Positions 42,116-53,705 of a stretch of 64,000 bases of DNA are shown here, piece by piece. The notes under the pieces were generated by a model. That model was not told where the DNA came from. It saw only the letters and a program-made list of their open reading frames with translations, and made no database searches. The number at the start of each line of letters is the position of its first letter. Position 1 is the first letter of the stretch. Position numbers and translations under genes: made by a program. The DNA is from Corallochytrium limacisporum Hawaii (taxonomy: Eukaryota; Protista; Pluriformea): assembly GCA_002811645.1 (NCBI GenBank), contig PDIP01000043.1, positions 191,807-255,806 on the forward strand, in the 5' to 3' direction.

Positions 42116-43672
42116 ATGCCCGCGAAAGTGACCGGGAAGAAGCCGGCAACGAGGTCTGCGGCTGCAACTGGGGGGGTCTTCAACTTCTTAATCGCCGTGA
42201 GTGTGGTGGCCCTGGCTATAGGAATTGTGTTCACTTATAATAAGGAAGAACATCTGCTTGTTGATCTGCTCAATAACGTCCAGAAAACAGCTGAAGAGAC
42301 TTTGTTTGGCACTGATGATAACTCGAAGCAATTGGTTAAAGATTTGTTGGTAGCATACTCAGATATCATTACTAAGCACGCTCCCGAGGTTGCTGGAGAC
42401 TGTACGGTAGCTGTAGGATATGTTGGTAACCTTGACATCATCGTTGATGCCGCAGACTTCATCGATGCCATTGATCAAGAAATTACTGAACCTAAACACC
42501 ATGAGCATATGACCACTTTGGATCATGTTACTGAAGTCTTCCTCTTCTTCTTCCAGCGGGGTGCCGCTGCCGAGCGGTATCTTGGAGATTATGGACTTTT
42601 TGAGGTATTGGTAGCGAAGAGCAAAGAATTGCCTGGATTCAAGACTGCCCTGGGGGGCAATGGCGCTGTAATGGCCAATCGCATGGCATCGAAGGGATGT
42701 GAAGTCATCCTGGGGGCTACCGTTGGACCACATATGGAAGGTCACATCCATAAAAACATCAAGGTAAGTGGTCAAGCAGGCGATGACGAAGATATTCATA
42801 TTATCCTTGAGTATCCTCATGATCAAGTGTTCCGGACTCACACGTCCCCGCGTGCCAATCGTTTCATAATCACGCATGATCGCCATAATGGCCACTTGGC
42901 GGCCAGTGACACATTCCACAAGGAAGTTAGGGAGCATCTGAACAGTGGCAAAGACCTTCATGGATATGTTATTGGAGGCCTACAGTTGATGGAAGGACAG
43001 GACGAAACGATGCTCCGCAGCAAGCTCTTGGATCTCCAGAAATTTGTGCTTGAGCTTCCCAAAACAACCAAGATCCACCTGGAACTGGGCTCCTTCGCTG
43101 ACCCAGATGTGTATGCTATGATTTTGGACTATCTCTTGCCCTTCAGCGATAGCATTGGGCTCAATGAGCAAGAGATTTTTACTTTGTACAAGATGCTGGC
43201 CACAGGTGAGTTGCACAACGAAGGAACGGCCTTGCTTCCACTGCAAAATGCTGTCGATATGCTGTATGCTGTTTTTGATGACGAGCGTATGAAAGAGCTG
43301 GATCGGATCCACCTGCACACTCTTGCTTATCACGTCATGTGTCAGAGGCCTGGACATTGGCAGAACCCCGTACCAGGCCTTGTGGACGGTGCCTTGCGCA
43401 GCACGCGACACGCGTGTGACAAAGAGCAACTCAACGACGACCTTGTCGAGCTCCGAATGCTCGCTACGGACCGCATCAGCAGTGAAGCTGTTGATGGCAA
43501 CTATACGGTCTCCGCGCAACACCCCACGTACTCATGGTTTAGCGAGAAGCACAAGCTAGAATGTCATTTGGCACTCATGCTGGTCTGCAAGGACCCCGTT
43601 AGAACAGTAGGACTTGGTGACAACATCAGCAGCAGTGCTCTTGCCCACAACTTTGGATCGTTAGATTTGTAG
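42116..43672 (+). CDS. ADPGK: ADP-dependent glucokinase with N-terminal membrane anchor
   Basis: GAAAERY, GGNGAVMANR, DIHIILEY, PRANRFI, IHLELGS, SIGLNEQE, RIHLHTLAYH, PVRTVGLGDNISS; first ATG 42116. Confidence 0.94.
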   Translation: MPAKVTGKKPATRSAAATGGVFNFLIAVSVVALAIGIVFTYNKEEHLLVDLLNNVQKTAEETLFGTDDNSKQLVKDLLVAYSDIITKHAPEVAGDCTVAVGYVGNLDIIVDAADFIDAIDQEITEPKHHEHMTTLDHVTEVFLFFFQRGAAAERYLGDYGLFEVLVAKSKELPGFKTALGGNGAVMANRMASKGCEVILGATVGPHMEGHIHKNIKVSGQAGDDEDIHIILEYPHDQVFRTHTSPRANRFIITHDRHNGHLAASDTFHKEVREHLNSGKDLHGYVIGGLQLMEGQDETMLRSKLLDLQKFVLELPKTTKIHLELGSFADPDVYAMILDYLLPFSDSIGLNEQEIFTLYKMLATGELHNEGTALLPLQNAVDMLYAVFDDERMKELDRIHLHTLAYHVMCQRPGHWQNPVPGLVDGALRSTRHACDKEQLNDDLVELRMLATDRISSEAVDGNYTVSAQHPTYSWFSEKHKLECHLALMLVCKDPVRTVGLGDNISSSALAHNFGSLDL

Positions 43673-43749
43673 AGAATTAGAGTCGGTTAAAAATTTTTCG
43701 GACTGTTCGAAACCATGCATACAGTTCTTACTAGTTTACTTTGCTCAGG

Positions 43750-46700
43750 TTACATTCCAGGACCACGAAGAGGCATGTGTGCTGACTCGTTGATGAGAAC
43801 ATCCACAAGAATTGGCTCCTTCAAACTGTCCTTGATACTTCTGAGGACGCCCTTGACCGTCCTCTTTCCGTTCGGGTAACTCTTGTCGTCTCGGATGCGC
43901 ATAAAGACCCACTGCTTGCTGCCTTCATCCCATGAACACTCGACGATCTGGCCATCTAGCTCTTTGAGTTTGGCACGCGGCAGGTTCAGAGTGTTGTAAG
44001 GCGGGTCATGCAACTCCAGCCGACCATGTGCTCCTCCCACGTACAACTCGCCCTTGAGTGTGTTTGGCATTCCCGGTCCACTCTGTTCACGAAGATGGAG
44101 CTTGAAATCTACAGAGTTCATGTCCGGTGGTTTCCACTTCAGTAGGCGATCGCAACGGCCAGCTTGGTAATGGTCCTCGACCGGATGGAAAACCAGGCCG
44201 TCGGTCTCGTGCGGAACCTGTTGCATGACCTTGAGAATCTTCTTCACATCACGGCAGGGTACGAAGTCTTTCAAGCGAATGCTGAATGGCTCCTTGCTGA
44301 GGTCATATTTGTTTCGGCTCTTCTCGCGCGGTTTGATAATCGCCGAGTGGACACGGGCGTGACGCTTATCAAACGGTAGAGTCCTGCCAATGTCAATCCC
44401 ATTGAGTGTGATGAGATCGTAAATGAGATAGCGATTGCGGGGTGGATTTCCCTTCGGGCGGTCAATGACCATCTCGCCGTCCAAAAGCGTCTCCGTGAGG
44501 AATTCGTCGCTTTCAACATCCACAGGGAAGTGCATATCATCAATGCGAAAAACTCTAGAGTCACGGTCGAGCATATATACAACAGGGCCCGAAATGAACA
44601 TCATGTAGCGGGTACCGTCGGCCTTCCAACTGACCATGTACGGATTACGACGAATCAAATCCAGCTTAGACGAGTCCAGAGACACGGGTTGTGATCCGGG
44701 GAAGTCGTTACGACCTCCTTGAAACCAGTGGCAATAGTGGCAACAGCGTCTGACTACCTCGTCCCGTTCTGGTCCTCGGACCTCATAACCGACTTCTCCT
44801 TCTACACCTACCAATGTCATAGGCTTGCCTTCATAAGCATTGCAATCATCATCAGCATCAACGCGTCCGTAATTCTCCCAGGCTGGCTTGTCAGGAGTCG
44901 GTACAGTTCGTCGTTCACCAGCAATTCGGAAGAGCTCTTCAATGTACTGATCCTTGTAGATACCTGGGTCACGTGCAATCGCAATCTCCTGAACTGCAGC
45001 TTCGGTACTGAAACCAAGTTCCGTCATGTATCGAGCAATCAAGAAACCTGTGCGATTGAAGCCGTGAGTACAATGTACACCAATAGCCATGTGCTCTCCG
45101 GGCCCTTCTGGAGATGTGAACCAACGGACAAGACCTTGGAAGCGTTGGTAGTTATCTTCATTAGGAGGCGCTCCGAAGCCCGCACAGGCAATCTTGTGGT
45201 AGCGGACACCTGCTCGCTCGAATTCTTGAGGGTCATAGTACCGACTAGTCTTTGTAAGATCGATCACCATTCCGAGCTCGATGCCACGGTCTCGACAACT
45301 CTCGATGACGTTAGTTGGCGTCCAACGGTCATTCTCTAACACCACACTGTCAAACTTAGATGAAAGTGGGGCCTTGAAAGCAACAAACGGTGTACCGGGA
45401 ACCATTCCATTGCTCATAGGAGGACATTGCACCCAGCGGTCAGGAATGTCCCCTGGATTTGCAGTGTCATGAACATACCCTCCGCCCCTACTTCCTCGAT
45501 TGTCTGGCCTATCATAGGCACTCTGGCCGTACCGGTAGTCAGGCCCACGGTCCCGGCCGTAATAGTCATCACCGCGATGCCCATTGGCAAGTCGATCCCG
45601 ATCGCGGTCGCCAAAAGAACCACGTCCATTCTGCCTCCAGTCCCGGTCTCCATCTTGAGGTCCACTTCCAGAACTCCGCATTCGATCGTATTTTGCCCAC
45701 GGGTTGTCTTCTCCATGTCTGTCATTGTGATCATACCTGTCTTCCAATGAAGGACGGGGGCGATGATCGTGAGAATCCCGCCTCGGTGGTCCCCGATCCC
45801 GATCGTACTCACGGTCACGGTCACGGTCACGGTCCCGGCCGCGGTCTCTGTCGCGCTCGCGGTCGTTGTAAGTCATTGGAGGTGGAGTTCCACCATCCCG
45901 GCCCATTGGAAGCTCCTCCTCTTCAACTTCGCGTGCAGGTTCCTTCATTTCTTCTAGTGTCTTCTTCTTGATCTTTGGTTGATCTTCGTCTTTAGATTCA
46001 GCCTCTTCCAGTGACTGTTCAGTCTTATTGGCTTCCTCTTCCTCCGCTTTGTTCTCGACCACCTTCTTCGCTGGCAGTTCTAGCTCATCATCTGACTCGT
46101 CGTCGATAACAGATCTCCGGGTCTTCGGGATTGCTGGTTCTTCCGCAACATCTTCATCATCAAATTCAGGCACATCACCGGGTGCATCCTTTGCAGAGTC
46201 CTTCTCGACATCCTTTTCGAGCTCTTCTGTTTTCGGGCGCTTCTCGCCATTTTCGCTAGTGTCGCTGAAAGATACCCGTCTCTTCTTGCTAACTTTCTCA
46301 TCAGTCATGATTTGGGAGAGGCGTGTCTTGCTGTCCCTCTTTTCCGTAGCCGGAGTTACTTCTGTCGACATACTTTCCTCATCCAAGGGGACCTTGCTCA
46401 GGGAAGACTTCCGCTCCACTGTCTCCTCCAGCTGTTCTTGCCCAGGCTCGGCAGAATTAGAAGGAGCAGATTCCATTGGAGGATGTTGTGGAAGTGATGC
46501 TGGCTTCTCGATAGTCTCCCTGACATGTTCATTCACCGGTTCTGTGGCCGTCATCGATTGTTGAGAGGCTGTAGGTGGCGTCTCTTGCGAAGGCGGCTGT
46601 TGCGGTTGCTGCAGATGCTGGTTGACCTGTGCAGGGGCTGGGGCAGACGGCTCCTGCTTTGCCATCTGTGCTGACAGAGCAGGTGGTTCCGAACGCGACG

Positions 46701-47748
46701 CAGTTGACGTCGGTAGTGCTTGTGTTTGTTGCTGGTGTTGCTGTGACGGTGATTGGTTCGATGGCCCCTGTGCCTGCAAGTGGGCAGCTGGCATGGATGA
46801 ATGCTGTTGCTGTTGCTGCTGTGGATGCGTCCCAGGAATGGTTGCCTGCTGATACTGGCCGGGATGGGGAGGGGGACCGGATGGTAATGATCCGGGATTC
46901 CTACCCTGCCCAATTTGTTGTGGGGCAGGCGGTTGCGAAGCCTGGATCTGCTGCTGTTGTTGCTGCTGCTGAAACGACAATGGCCCACTATCTGGCTGCT
47001 CCTGTGGCACAGGTGCCCTACCATATTCGCTGCCTTCCCTAGGCCGGTTTCCAACCGGCATCGAGGGCATACCTTGTCCTGAAGTCCGCATTTGATACTG
47101 CGCATAACCCTGTTGCGCAGCCGTGTGAGGAGGCGCCTGCGGTGCACTACCTTGCTGATACATATGTGGTTGGTAGTATTGTTGATAACCCTCTCCTGAC
47201 ACTCGTAGTTGCTGTGCATGTGCAGGTGGATGAGGGTACGCAGAAGGCTGTTGGGGCTTCATATCTTCGAAGCTACTTCGTTGTTGTTGCTGCTGTTGTG
47301 TTGGATCCACATGGGGAGTGTATTGTCCATAGGATGTTCTTTGACCCGTCTGAGCATACTGAGGAGCTGGCGGAGCCGCTGCTTGACCATATGCCGGAGG
47401 TGGGGCAAAACCCCCACCGGACATCCTCTGATAGTTTCCGTACCCATTTGGATCGTCGAAAATTTGCCTTGTCGGCTGATGTGGTGCGCTAGTTTGTCCC
47501 GGAGGTTTGTAGTGAGTCACTGGTGCACCATACTGCGGCTGATAATTCTGTCCTTGCAACTGCCCATGTCCGTAAGCTGTTCCACTTTGCATTGGCTGAG
47601 GGGCTGCACCGTATGAGCCCTGTCTTTGTTGTTGTTGTTGCTGCTGTGGATGCGCATGTTGTGGGTGCTGCTGGTACCCCGGTGGTGGAGGACCTGTCGG
47701 AGGTCTTCCGCCCCCGGCCCACCCTGGTGGCTGCGGTTGCCCTGACAT
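43750..47748 (-). CDS. RNGTT: Bifunctional mRNA capping enzyme (Cys-type RNA triphosphatase + guanylyltransferase) with very long low-complexity N-terminus
   Basis: IDLTKTSRYY, VHCTHGFNRTG, FPGSQPVS, WKADGTRY, TLLDGE, ETDGLVF, LLKWKP, RIRDDKSYPN. Confidence 0.95.
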   Translation of the reverse strand: MSGQPQPPGWAGGGRPPTGPPPPGYQQHPQHAHPQQQQQQQRQGSYGAAPQPMQSGTAYGHGQLQGQNYQPQYGAPVTHYKPPGQTSAPHQPTRQIFDDPNGYGNYQRMSGGGFAPPPAYGQAAAPPAPQYAQTGQRTSYGQYTPHVDPTQQQQQQRSSFEDMKPQQPSAYPHPPAHAQQLRVSGEGYQQYYQPHMYQQGSAPQAPPHTAAQQGYAQYQMRTSGQGMPSMPVGNRPREGSEYGRAPVPQEQPDSGPLSFQQQQQQQQIQASQPPAPQQIGQGRNPGSLPSGPPPHPGQYQQATIPGTHPQQQQQQHSSMPAAHLQAQGPSNQSPSQQHQQQTQALPTSTASRSEPPALSAQMAKQEPSAPAPAQVNQHLQQPQQPPSQETPPTASQQSMTATEPVNEHVRETIEKPASLPQHPPMESAPSNSAEPGQEQLEETVERKSSLSKVPLDEESMSTEVTPATEKRDSKTRLSQIMTDEKVSKKRRVSFSDTSENGEKRPKTEELEKDVEKDSAKDAPGDVPEFDDEDVAEEPAIPKTRRSVIDDESDDELELPAKKVVENKAEEEEANKTEQSLEEAESKDEDQPKIKKKTLEEMKEPAREVEEEELPMGRDGGTPPPMTYNDRERDRDRGRDRDRDRDREYDRDRGPPRRDSHDHRPRPSLEDRYDHNDRHGEDNPWAKYDRMRSSGSGPQDGDRDWRQNGRGSFGDRDRDRLANGHRGDDYYGRDRGPDYRYGQSAYDRPDNRGSRGGGYVHDTANPGDIPDRWVQCPPMSNGMVPGTPFVAFKAPLSSKFDSVVLENDRWTPTNVIESCRDRGIELGMVIDLTKTSRYYDPQEFERAGVRYHKIACAGFGAPPNEDNYQRFQGLVRWFTSPEGPGEHMAIGVHCTHGFNRTGFLIARYMTELGFSTEAAVQEIAIARDPGIYKDQYIEELFRIAGERRTVPTPDKPAWENYGRVDADDDCNAYEGKPMTLVGVEGEVGYEVRGPERDEVVRRCCHYCHWFQGGRNDFPGSQPVSLDSSKLDLIRRNPYMVSWKADGTRYMMFISGPVVYMLDRDSRVFRIDDMHFPVDVESDEFLTETLLDGEMVIDRPKGNPPRNRYLIYDLITLNGIDIGRTLPFDKRHARVHSAIIKPREKSRNKYDLSKEPFSIRLKDFVPCRDVKKILKVMQQVPHETDGLVFHPVEDHYQAGRCDRLLKWKPPDMNSVDFKLHLREQSGPGMPNTLKGELYVGGAHGRLELHDPPYNTLNLPRAKLKELDGQIVECSWDEGSKQWVFMRIRDDKSYPNGKRTVKGVLRSIKDSLKEPILVDVLINESAHMPLRGPGM

Positions 47749-49251
47749 TCTTTAATCTCCTAAAAGTTGGTGTGAGTAATGCCCCATCCGTCCACTTGGA
47801 AATCAGATTATGTTCTCTAGTTTCGCAAACATTTTCTTTGAACGCAGCATTCTAATCTAAGTATGAAAGCCAAGTCCTTGGTTGGCCGTTCAATTGGTGT
47901 CTTTTGATCATAGTTTCTTTACAAATTCCCAGGACGATAGGAGAACGAAATTTATACATGCCGGAAAATGTAAACCGGGAGTAATTAAATACCTGCGCCG
48001 ATCATAAACCACAGGTCGAAGCAATCATTCCTCAAAGAAACATAATTCTTCGATGTTGGAGCTCAATTTGGGTGGCTGCTATTGTAATAACAGTGGCGAC
48101 TGATTGGAATTACATTTCGATCACTTGCAGCGGACTCGACATTTACTCGTCTTGTGTACACAATTCTACAGGACATCCCGACTGGCGCGGACAAAGAAAA
48201 TACAGACTGTGCCAACGACGGTGTGCTCCTTCGAGAAGATGGCCCCCCCCCCCACCGGCGAGGGGCGTTCACTATAACCCCGTGGACTACCACGTAGTGT
48301 CTCCATTGCTTGTTGAAAGAAAAAGTGAAAACGCGCTTTCCTCACAGCACCTCCTTTCCGACACAGCCACTCAGCCGCAGCTAGCCATGCGGATGGCCGG
48401 TGCAGATGTTGCACTGGTGTTTGTGGCGGCGGTGTGTGTTGGTGTCTTGTGTGCTGAATCCTCGAGTATTAATCCAAGACCCCGCCAGACAATTGATGAG
48501 GGTTTGCAAACATGAAAACATGGACAGCCGTAGCCCCCGGTCAGGAGGCGCGGCAGGGAGGGAGAAAACTGGCAGACGACGGTGGCTCCTCTTTCTCCTG
48601 GCCCGTTTGCTCAGATGGGCAGACCGCGCCAATGAGCGGGAATAAAGTGGAAATTGGCTGCGGTGGGGAGGGTGGTCGTTCCGCTAGCGCTCCTTCCCCA
48701 CATCCCAAGGGAGGGATGGGGAGGAACTCAATAAACTCGAAACGCTAGAGCAAGACTCTCTTGCAATCGCCCATATGCGACGCTTGTGAATGTTCTAGGA
48801 AAAGCAACCTCCCTAATAGTGGCGTCAACATTGTCACAGAGCATCTGTCTGACGTGGCTCGCCCATAGTGAACGTGTTAAGTTCACAAGCCATTACTGAA
48901 GTGCTTGCCAAGCCAGACCGGCCTCTCTTCTGCCCATATCACCGGCTGCGGTATATTAAGTACCGGGATGCTCGTCTGGCACCGCACTACCACTTAATGT
49001 ACTGCATTTCCGGGGTCTTTTAGATAGAATGTAGAGTGTCGACGGTTGAGCACGGCGAAAATGACCAAAGAGTACGGCGGATCGCTTCTGCTGCTTAGGA
49101 TCAGCTACCTGTAGGTGGGCACTGAAAGCACATACACCACCATCTCAGCACCGATGTTGCGCTGGAGCAAGGAACAATAGAGGTTATTGGCTCCGCAACA
49201 TTTGGTATCAGATCATGGTGGCTTGAATGTTCATAGTTAAGCAACATAGCT

Positions 49252-50349
49252 ATGTTTGAAGAGGCCCAGCTGCTGGAGGAGCGGCTCGGCCGTGCAATGA
49301 ATATGGCTGGGACACGGGTCCGTAGACATGAGATCATGAAGACAAACTCCATTTTCTTATGTGGAGGAAGGTGTGTCACTGCACCTGACAACACAGCCAT
49401 GATCGTTGCTGAGATCATCATTCACGTGCCCATATTTATGTACTTCTACTATGTTGCACCAGATTTCCATGCCTGGGGATATGATATCCTCTGGTTTTTA
49501 ATTTTCTGGCTTTACATCTTATCGCAGACAACTCTCTTTGCAACAGCCTTAATGGATCCCGGAATTTTGCCGCGTGCTGGTAAGTACGAGGCCGCCCACA
49601 ACGAACAAGGCACGTACACCTTGAATGAAGAGACAGGACGGTGGGAGTACAAGGCACCAGAAAGAGAGAAACAGGTTAGAGTCAATGGCTTGAATGTCAA
49701 ACTAAAGTGGTGCTACACATGCAAGATCTTTCGGCCCCCACGAGCGTCTCATTGCGGCGTATGCAACAACTGTGTCCTTCGATTTGATCACCACTGTCCG
49801 TGGACCGCAAACTGTATCGGAGAGAGAAATTACAAGTGGTTCTACGGATTCATGGTATCTACAGTCGCTATGTGCGCCATCGCATGTTTTGAAATGTTCT
49901 TCTATATCCTGAAGAAGAACAAGGTGGAGGGGGCACAGCGAAGCATTGGCCAAGCGTTCTTGCACTCGCCATATGCACTGGCGATTTTTGTCATTTGTCT
50001 TGTCGTCTTCATTCCACTGTTCGCACTATTGGGGTTTCACACGGGTCTGGTGGCAGCGAATCAGACGACAACAGAAGCCATGAAGAATACTTTTCGAACA
50101 AAGAATCCTTATCGTTCCAACATGAGCTACTACGGTAACATCCTTCACGAGCTGCTCAAACCCACACCTCCGAGCTTGATTGATGCGACCAGCTACGTTG
50201 AGGTTCCGAACGATGAGGATATCGAAAGCCGTGTGCACGAGCGAGCACCAGAATACGAGAATGGACCAGATTTCACGCAGGGATGCGTACCGCGTCCCGT
50301 CGAATCCATGGAGATGGTGAATGAACCAGGACATTACAATCCTGTATGA
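49252..50349 (+). CDS. DHHC palmitoyltransferase (ZDHHC9/14/18, Erf2 type)
   Basis: [59 protein letters not shown]. Confidence 0.96.
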   Translation: MFEEAQLLEERLGRAMNMAGTRVRRHEIMKTNSIFLCGGRCVTAPDNTAMIVAEIIIHVPIFMYFYYVAPDFHAWGYDILWFLIFWLYILSQTTLFATALMDPGILPRAGKYEAAHNEQGTYTLNEETGRWEYKAPEREKQVRVNGLNVKLKWCYTCKIFRPPRASHCGVCNNCVLRFDHHCPWTANCIGERNYKWFYGFMVSTVAMCAIACFEMFFYILKKNKVEGAQRSIGQAFLHSPYALAIFVICLVVFIPLFALLGFHTGLVAANQTTTEAMKNTFRTKNPYRSNMSYYGNILHELLKPTPPSLIDATSYVEVPNDEDIESRVHERAPEYENGPDFTQGCVPRPVESMEMVNEPGHYNPV

Positions 50350-50446
50350 TGTGTACTTTAATATAGATTATGTATGATAGACTATGTAATGGTATGCTTA
50401 ACAAATGGTGGATGCAGGGATATGTGATGACATGGAAGATCGTTAG

Positions 50447-51370
50447 CTAGCTCGAGCCTGCCCTGAGCCTCTGCAGATCCCCCTCGTTTATCATTCGCTT
50501 CTTCTTAACCTCCTGTAGCTGGAGCAAAAGAGTTTCGTTCACACTCTCCAAGGCCTTGATCTCATGGACGAGAGAGAGCACCCGATGTTTCATGCTCATC
50601 CCTACACTTCCATCAGACTTACTGGAAGCGTCCGATCTTTGGACGCTCAGACGATTCTTGTTCGGTCTGGGCGGTAAGCTGGGACCGGCAGTGCTCCGCA
50701 TGTCAGAGCTACGTCGACGATGTTCCCGAGGTTCCCGCGCTGTCTGCGATCCAGAGCGTTGGAGTGCCGTTGCAAGAGCTTCTGGAGGGCTATGACGACC
50801 ATTGTTGACCAATGATGCCTGTGACTTTGTAATCGGATTCAGTTCGCCAAAAAGATCGCTGTTGCTGCCTGTCGACTGCGTGCGACGGAGACCTCCGGGA
50901 GCTGTGCTTCGCTGCTCCCTATTGCGTGGTGCCGTGGGCAGAGGTGGTACCGGGGTCTTCACATTATTCACATCATCTGTAGGCATAGATAGGGACCGAC
51001 CTACAGAAGGAATTGGGGAACCCCGAAGTCCCTGTTCCGGACCGCTGACGAACGCGGAATTGACAACCTTTCCCTCGGGTGTGATCTCGTACCCACTAAC
51101 TACGGGGATACCTGTGTCTTTACCCGGTTGTTGTGCGGCAGCCAGCTTCATGGCCTCGAAGAACTGCGCCTTACTTAGCTCATCTTCGTCTTCTTCATTG
51201 ATGGTATCGAATATCTCCTGCAGCTGATCTTCAGGGAGCTGAGTCTTCTTCATAAAGTGTTCAAACTTATGTGTCTCAATGATGCCAGCCTTCCGACCTC
51301 CAGCCCATCTGAAAAGCTGATCGAACACATCGTCAGACATTGCGAAGGTGACTTTCGATGTGCCAATCAT
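50447..51370 (-). CDS. EH-domain endocytic adaptor, REPS/POB1-like
   Basis: N-terminal EH-like (TQLPEDQLQEIFD...LSKAQFFEAMKLAAAQQ), PxxP motifs, C-terminal coiled coil LESVNETLLLQLQEVKKKR..E..LQRLR resembling the REPS C-terminus. Confidence 0.65.
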   Translation of the reverse strand: MIGTSKVTFAMSDDVFDQLFRWAGGRKAGIIETHKFEHFMKKTQLPEDQLQEIFDTINEEDEDELSKAQFFEAMKLAAAQQPGKDTGIPVVSGYEITPEGKVVNSAFVSGPEQGLRGSPIPSVGRSLSMPTDDVNNVKTPVPPLPTAPRNREQRSTAPGGLRRTQSTGSNSDLFGELNPITKSQASLVNNGRHSPPEALATALQRSGSQTAREPREHRRRSSDMRSTAGPSLPPRPNKNRLSVQRSDASSKSDGSVGMSMKHRVLSLVHEIKALESVNETLLLQLQEVKKKRMINEGDLQRLRAGSS

Positions 51371-52608
51371 TTAGGCTGCTTTGCGTCTTGTTCTGTCTAT
51401 GTTGTGCGCTGACTCTATGTCTTGGGGAAGATTCGAAGTTTGGCCAAGCTATCAGTATTGTACGCAACTCTTCTTCCCTTGGCCATACCTATGACCAGAC
51501 TCATTGTTCTCTCGTACCTTCTGGGTGTCCTGGAAGTGACATAGATAGCGCCTGAAAGAGCCAAGAACAAACCCATGACATATGCGACCAATTTCACCAG
51601 TACCCCCCTTGATCCACCACTCGTTCGAAATTGGTTCGCAAGTGCTGCGTTCTTGGTAACGTCGCTGGCTATGCGGTTTAGCAGTGTGGGCCTGCGGCTG
51701 TTACATTCAACTCATCAGCACAATTTTTTTCATCCTGCCTGATCCTAATTTCAAAAATCTACAAAAGCCATCCGCACATACACCATGGGTTACCACACCA
51801 CGCCGCAAAGCGTTCACTACCAATCTCAGTCCGACGCCCCCTTCCCCCTCTCCTCTCCCGCCTCCCAGGCGGGGCGCAGGGGGGAGTAAATCCAACTTGG
51901 CATGTGTAGAGTATTAAGAAAGAAAAAAATCAGCCCCGCAAGAGTTATCTTCGTTTACAAAAAGGAGAACTGAGTGGGGCCCCCGCACAGGTCTTTGAGT
52001 TCTTGGTAGCAACTGCAAACTCTTCTTGTCCCCCCCCCCCCAGTTCAATCCCCCCTCGGGGGGTGGAGTATCTGTGTGTGTGCGAGAGTGTATTTGGCTG
52101 GTCAGTTGTGTGCACTCTGTCCAAACGCTTCAAAAAGTCAACCCCGAGCCGCAAAAGGGGAGGGCGAGGACGGCAGGATGCCTCCCCCTTTCCGCCACCC
52201 ACCACCGCTCCGGCGGCGCCATCGCGTTGGGACGAGTCCGATATTCCCGAACTATTAAAGTAGCAAAGGGTCCAGAGGGTTTTACATACATTTAGGTACG
52301 ACACCTTTCCGGAAGCGCGCGATCGATAACCATTTGGCCATCTGAATTGTCGCACTAAGGGCAGAGTGAGCGTGAGGGTGATGAGGAGAACGAAGGAGGC
52401 CCCCGGTGTCCAAGTTCTGGGGGCTGCCGTACTGTCGAACCGCCTGCCAAATGGGCTGACAGGCACGAAGGGGGGGGCCAAAGGTTCGGGCACACAGCCG
52501 TCCAAAGTCCCGCACAATATGAAGAAATTGTGTAGCAATGGTGAGTTCATCCCAGTACAATTTATACCGTCAATTGTCTCTGCGCCAAATTTTACTGCTC
52601 TGGCTGCC

Positions 52609-53525
52609 AGGTCTCTCGAGACCTCGCAGTGCGACTTTCGTCATTGATCACCCGACCGGGCCGAACCTGGGGCCAAGCAAATGGCCGCTCCCTTTCCTAT
52701 GTACCAGTGCCCTTTTGTTCGTGAAACAATGCGGCTGATATAACCGAGAGATATTTCTTACACCCCCGGCATGAGAGCCGCAAGGAAAAATGGGGTGGGT
52801 AGAAAACTCTCCCTTGCCCAAGGCACAGGGGCTGGCGGTCCACGCAGTACCCGGGGTTTCGCGCCTCTCTGTGGGTGCCTAATTAAGGGATTACTGGAGC
52901 GAGAAGGAAGTGTCGTACGGGGGAATCTGAGGACATGAAATGTTGAGAGATGACAAAGTGGGGTAGCACCGACTTGGCGGGTGCGCGCTCCTGCCAAGTC
53001 CCAGACCTTGGACTTTCAGGGCACACTGCTCTGACACCACTTTTTCCATATCGCCGTTACATAGCAAAGCAAGATCTTGCGAACTCCCTTGTCTGGTGGG
53101 GTACCGCTCAGAAATTTCACCCTAAACCCCGGAGGTTGGAGGTCGATTTCATTCCGTGCGCTACTTTTGCTTCTGCAGCAGAGTCGCACATCGCTGTGCA
53201 GTTAGCGTAGCACGCTCGCGACAGTCCCCCGAAGGGAGGGTGTTGCTTCGCTGCTGCTGGTGCGGGCCTCGCGTGGGGGGGGATTGGGATCTTGAAGGCG
53301 ACGGATGGCAACCGAATTTACCGGCTAGTTAAGATGACTTGTAGTCTGATATCGGACTGTGTTGATTTCCACATCCTCGGCCTAGGTTGGCCATATAGCT
53401 GGGTGGCTAAGTTTCGTAACGAAAGGTATGTATACGCATTGTTGATTTCATATATACCGCACCGATCTGCCTGTATTGGATTCCCGAAATCAGGGTACTG
53501 AAAAATACGGTTGTCCGGTGGTGCG
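52609..53525 (+). ncRNA. Candidate structured non-coding RNA in the gap between REPS-like and LRRC45-like genes
   Basis: Many hairpins and long-range 9-bp helices; no credible ORF. Confidence 0.35.
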
Positions 53526-53705
53526 AAAGGACCAATAGTTTCAGGGCTCTCAATTAGCGGAGCGCACAAATCGAGCGTTTTGCTCACCTTCCCGTGCCTC
53601 CGTCAGTCTGAGTCGGACATTTCTATCCATCTATTCGAACATGTATTTTTCGGTCAACCAATGCTAACCTCATTTTCCTGAACCTGCCCTGATTCCTTTG
53701 ATACC

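Noticed and set aside
45809-45832. (TCACGG)4 repeat and CAG/CAA-type repeats
   Set aside because: They encode RD and poly-Q tracts within RNGTT and eIF3L; not independent elements
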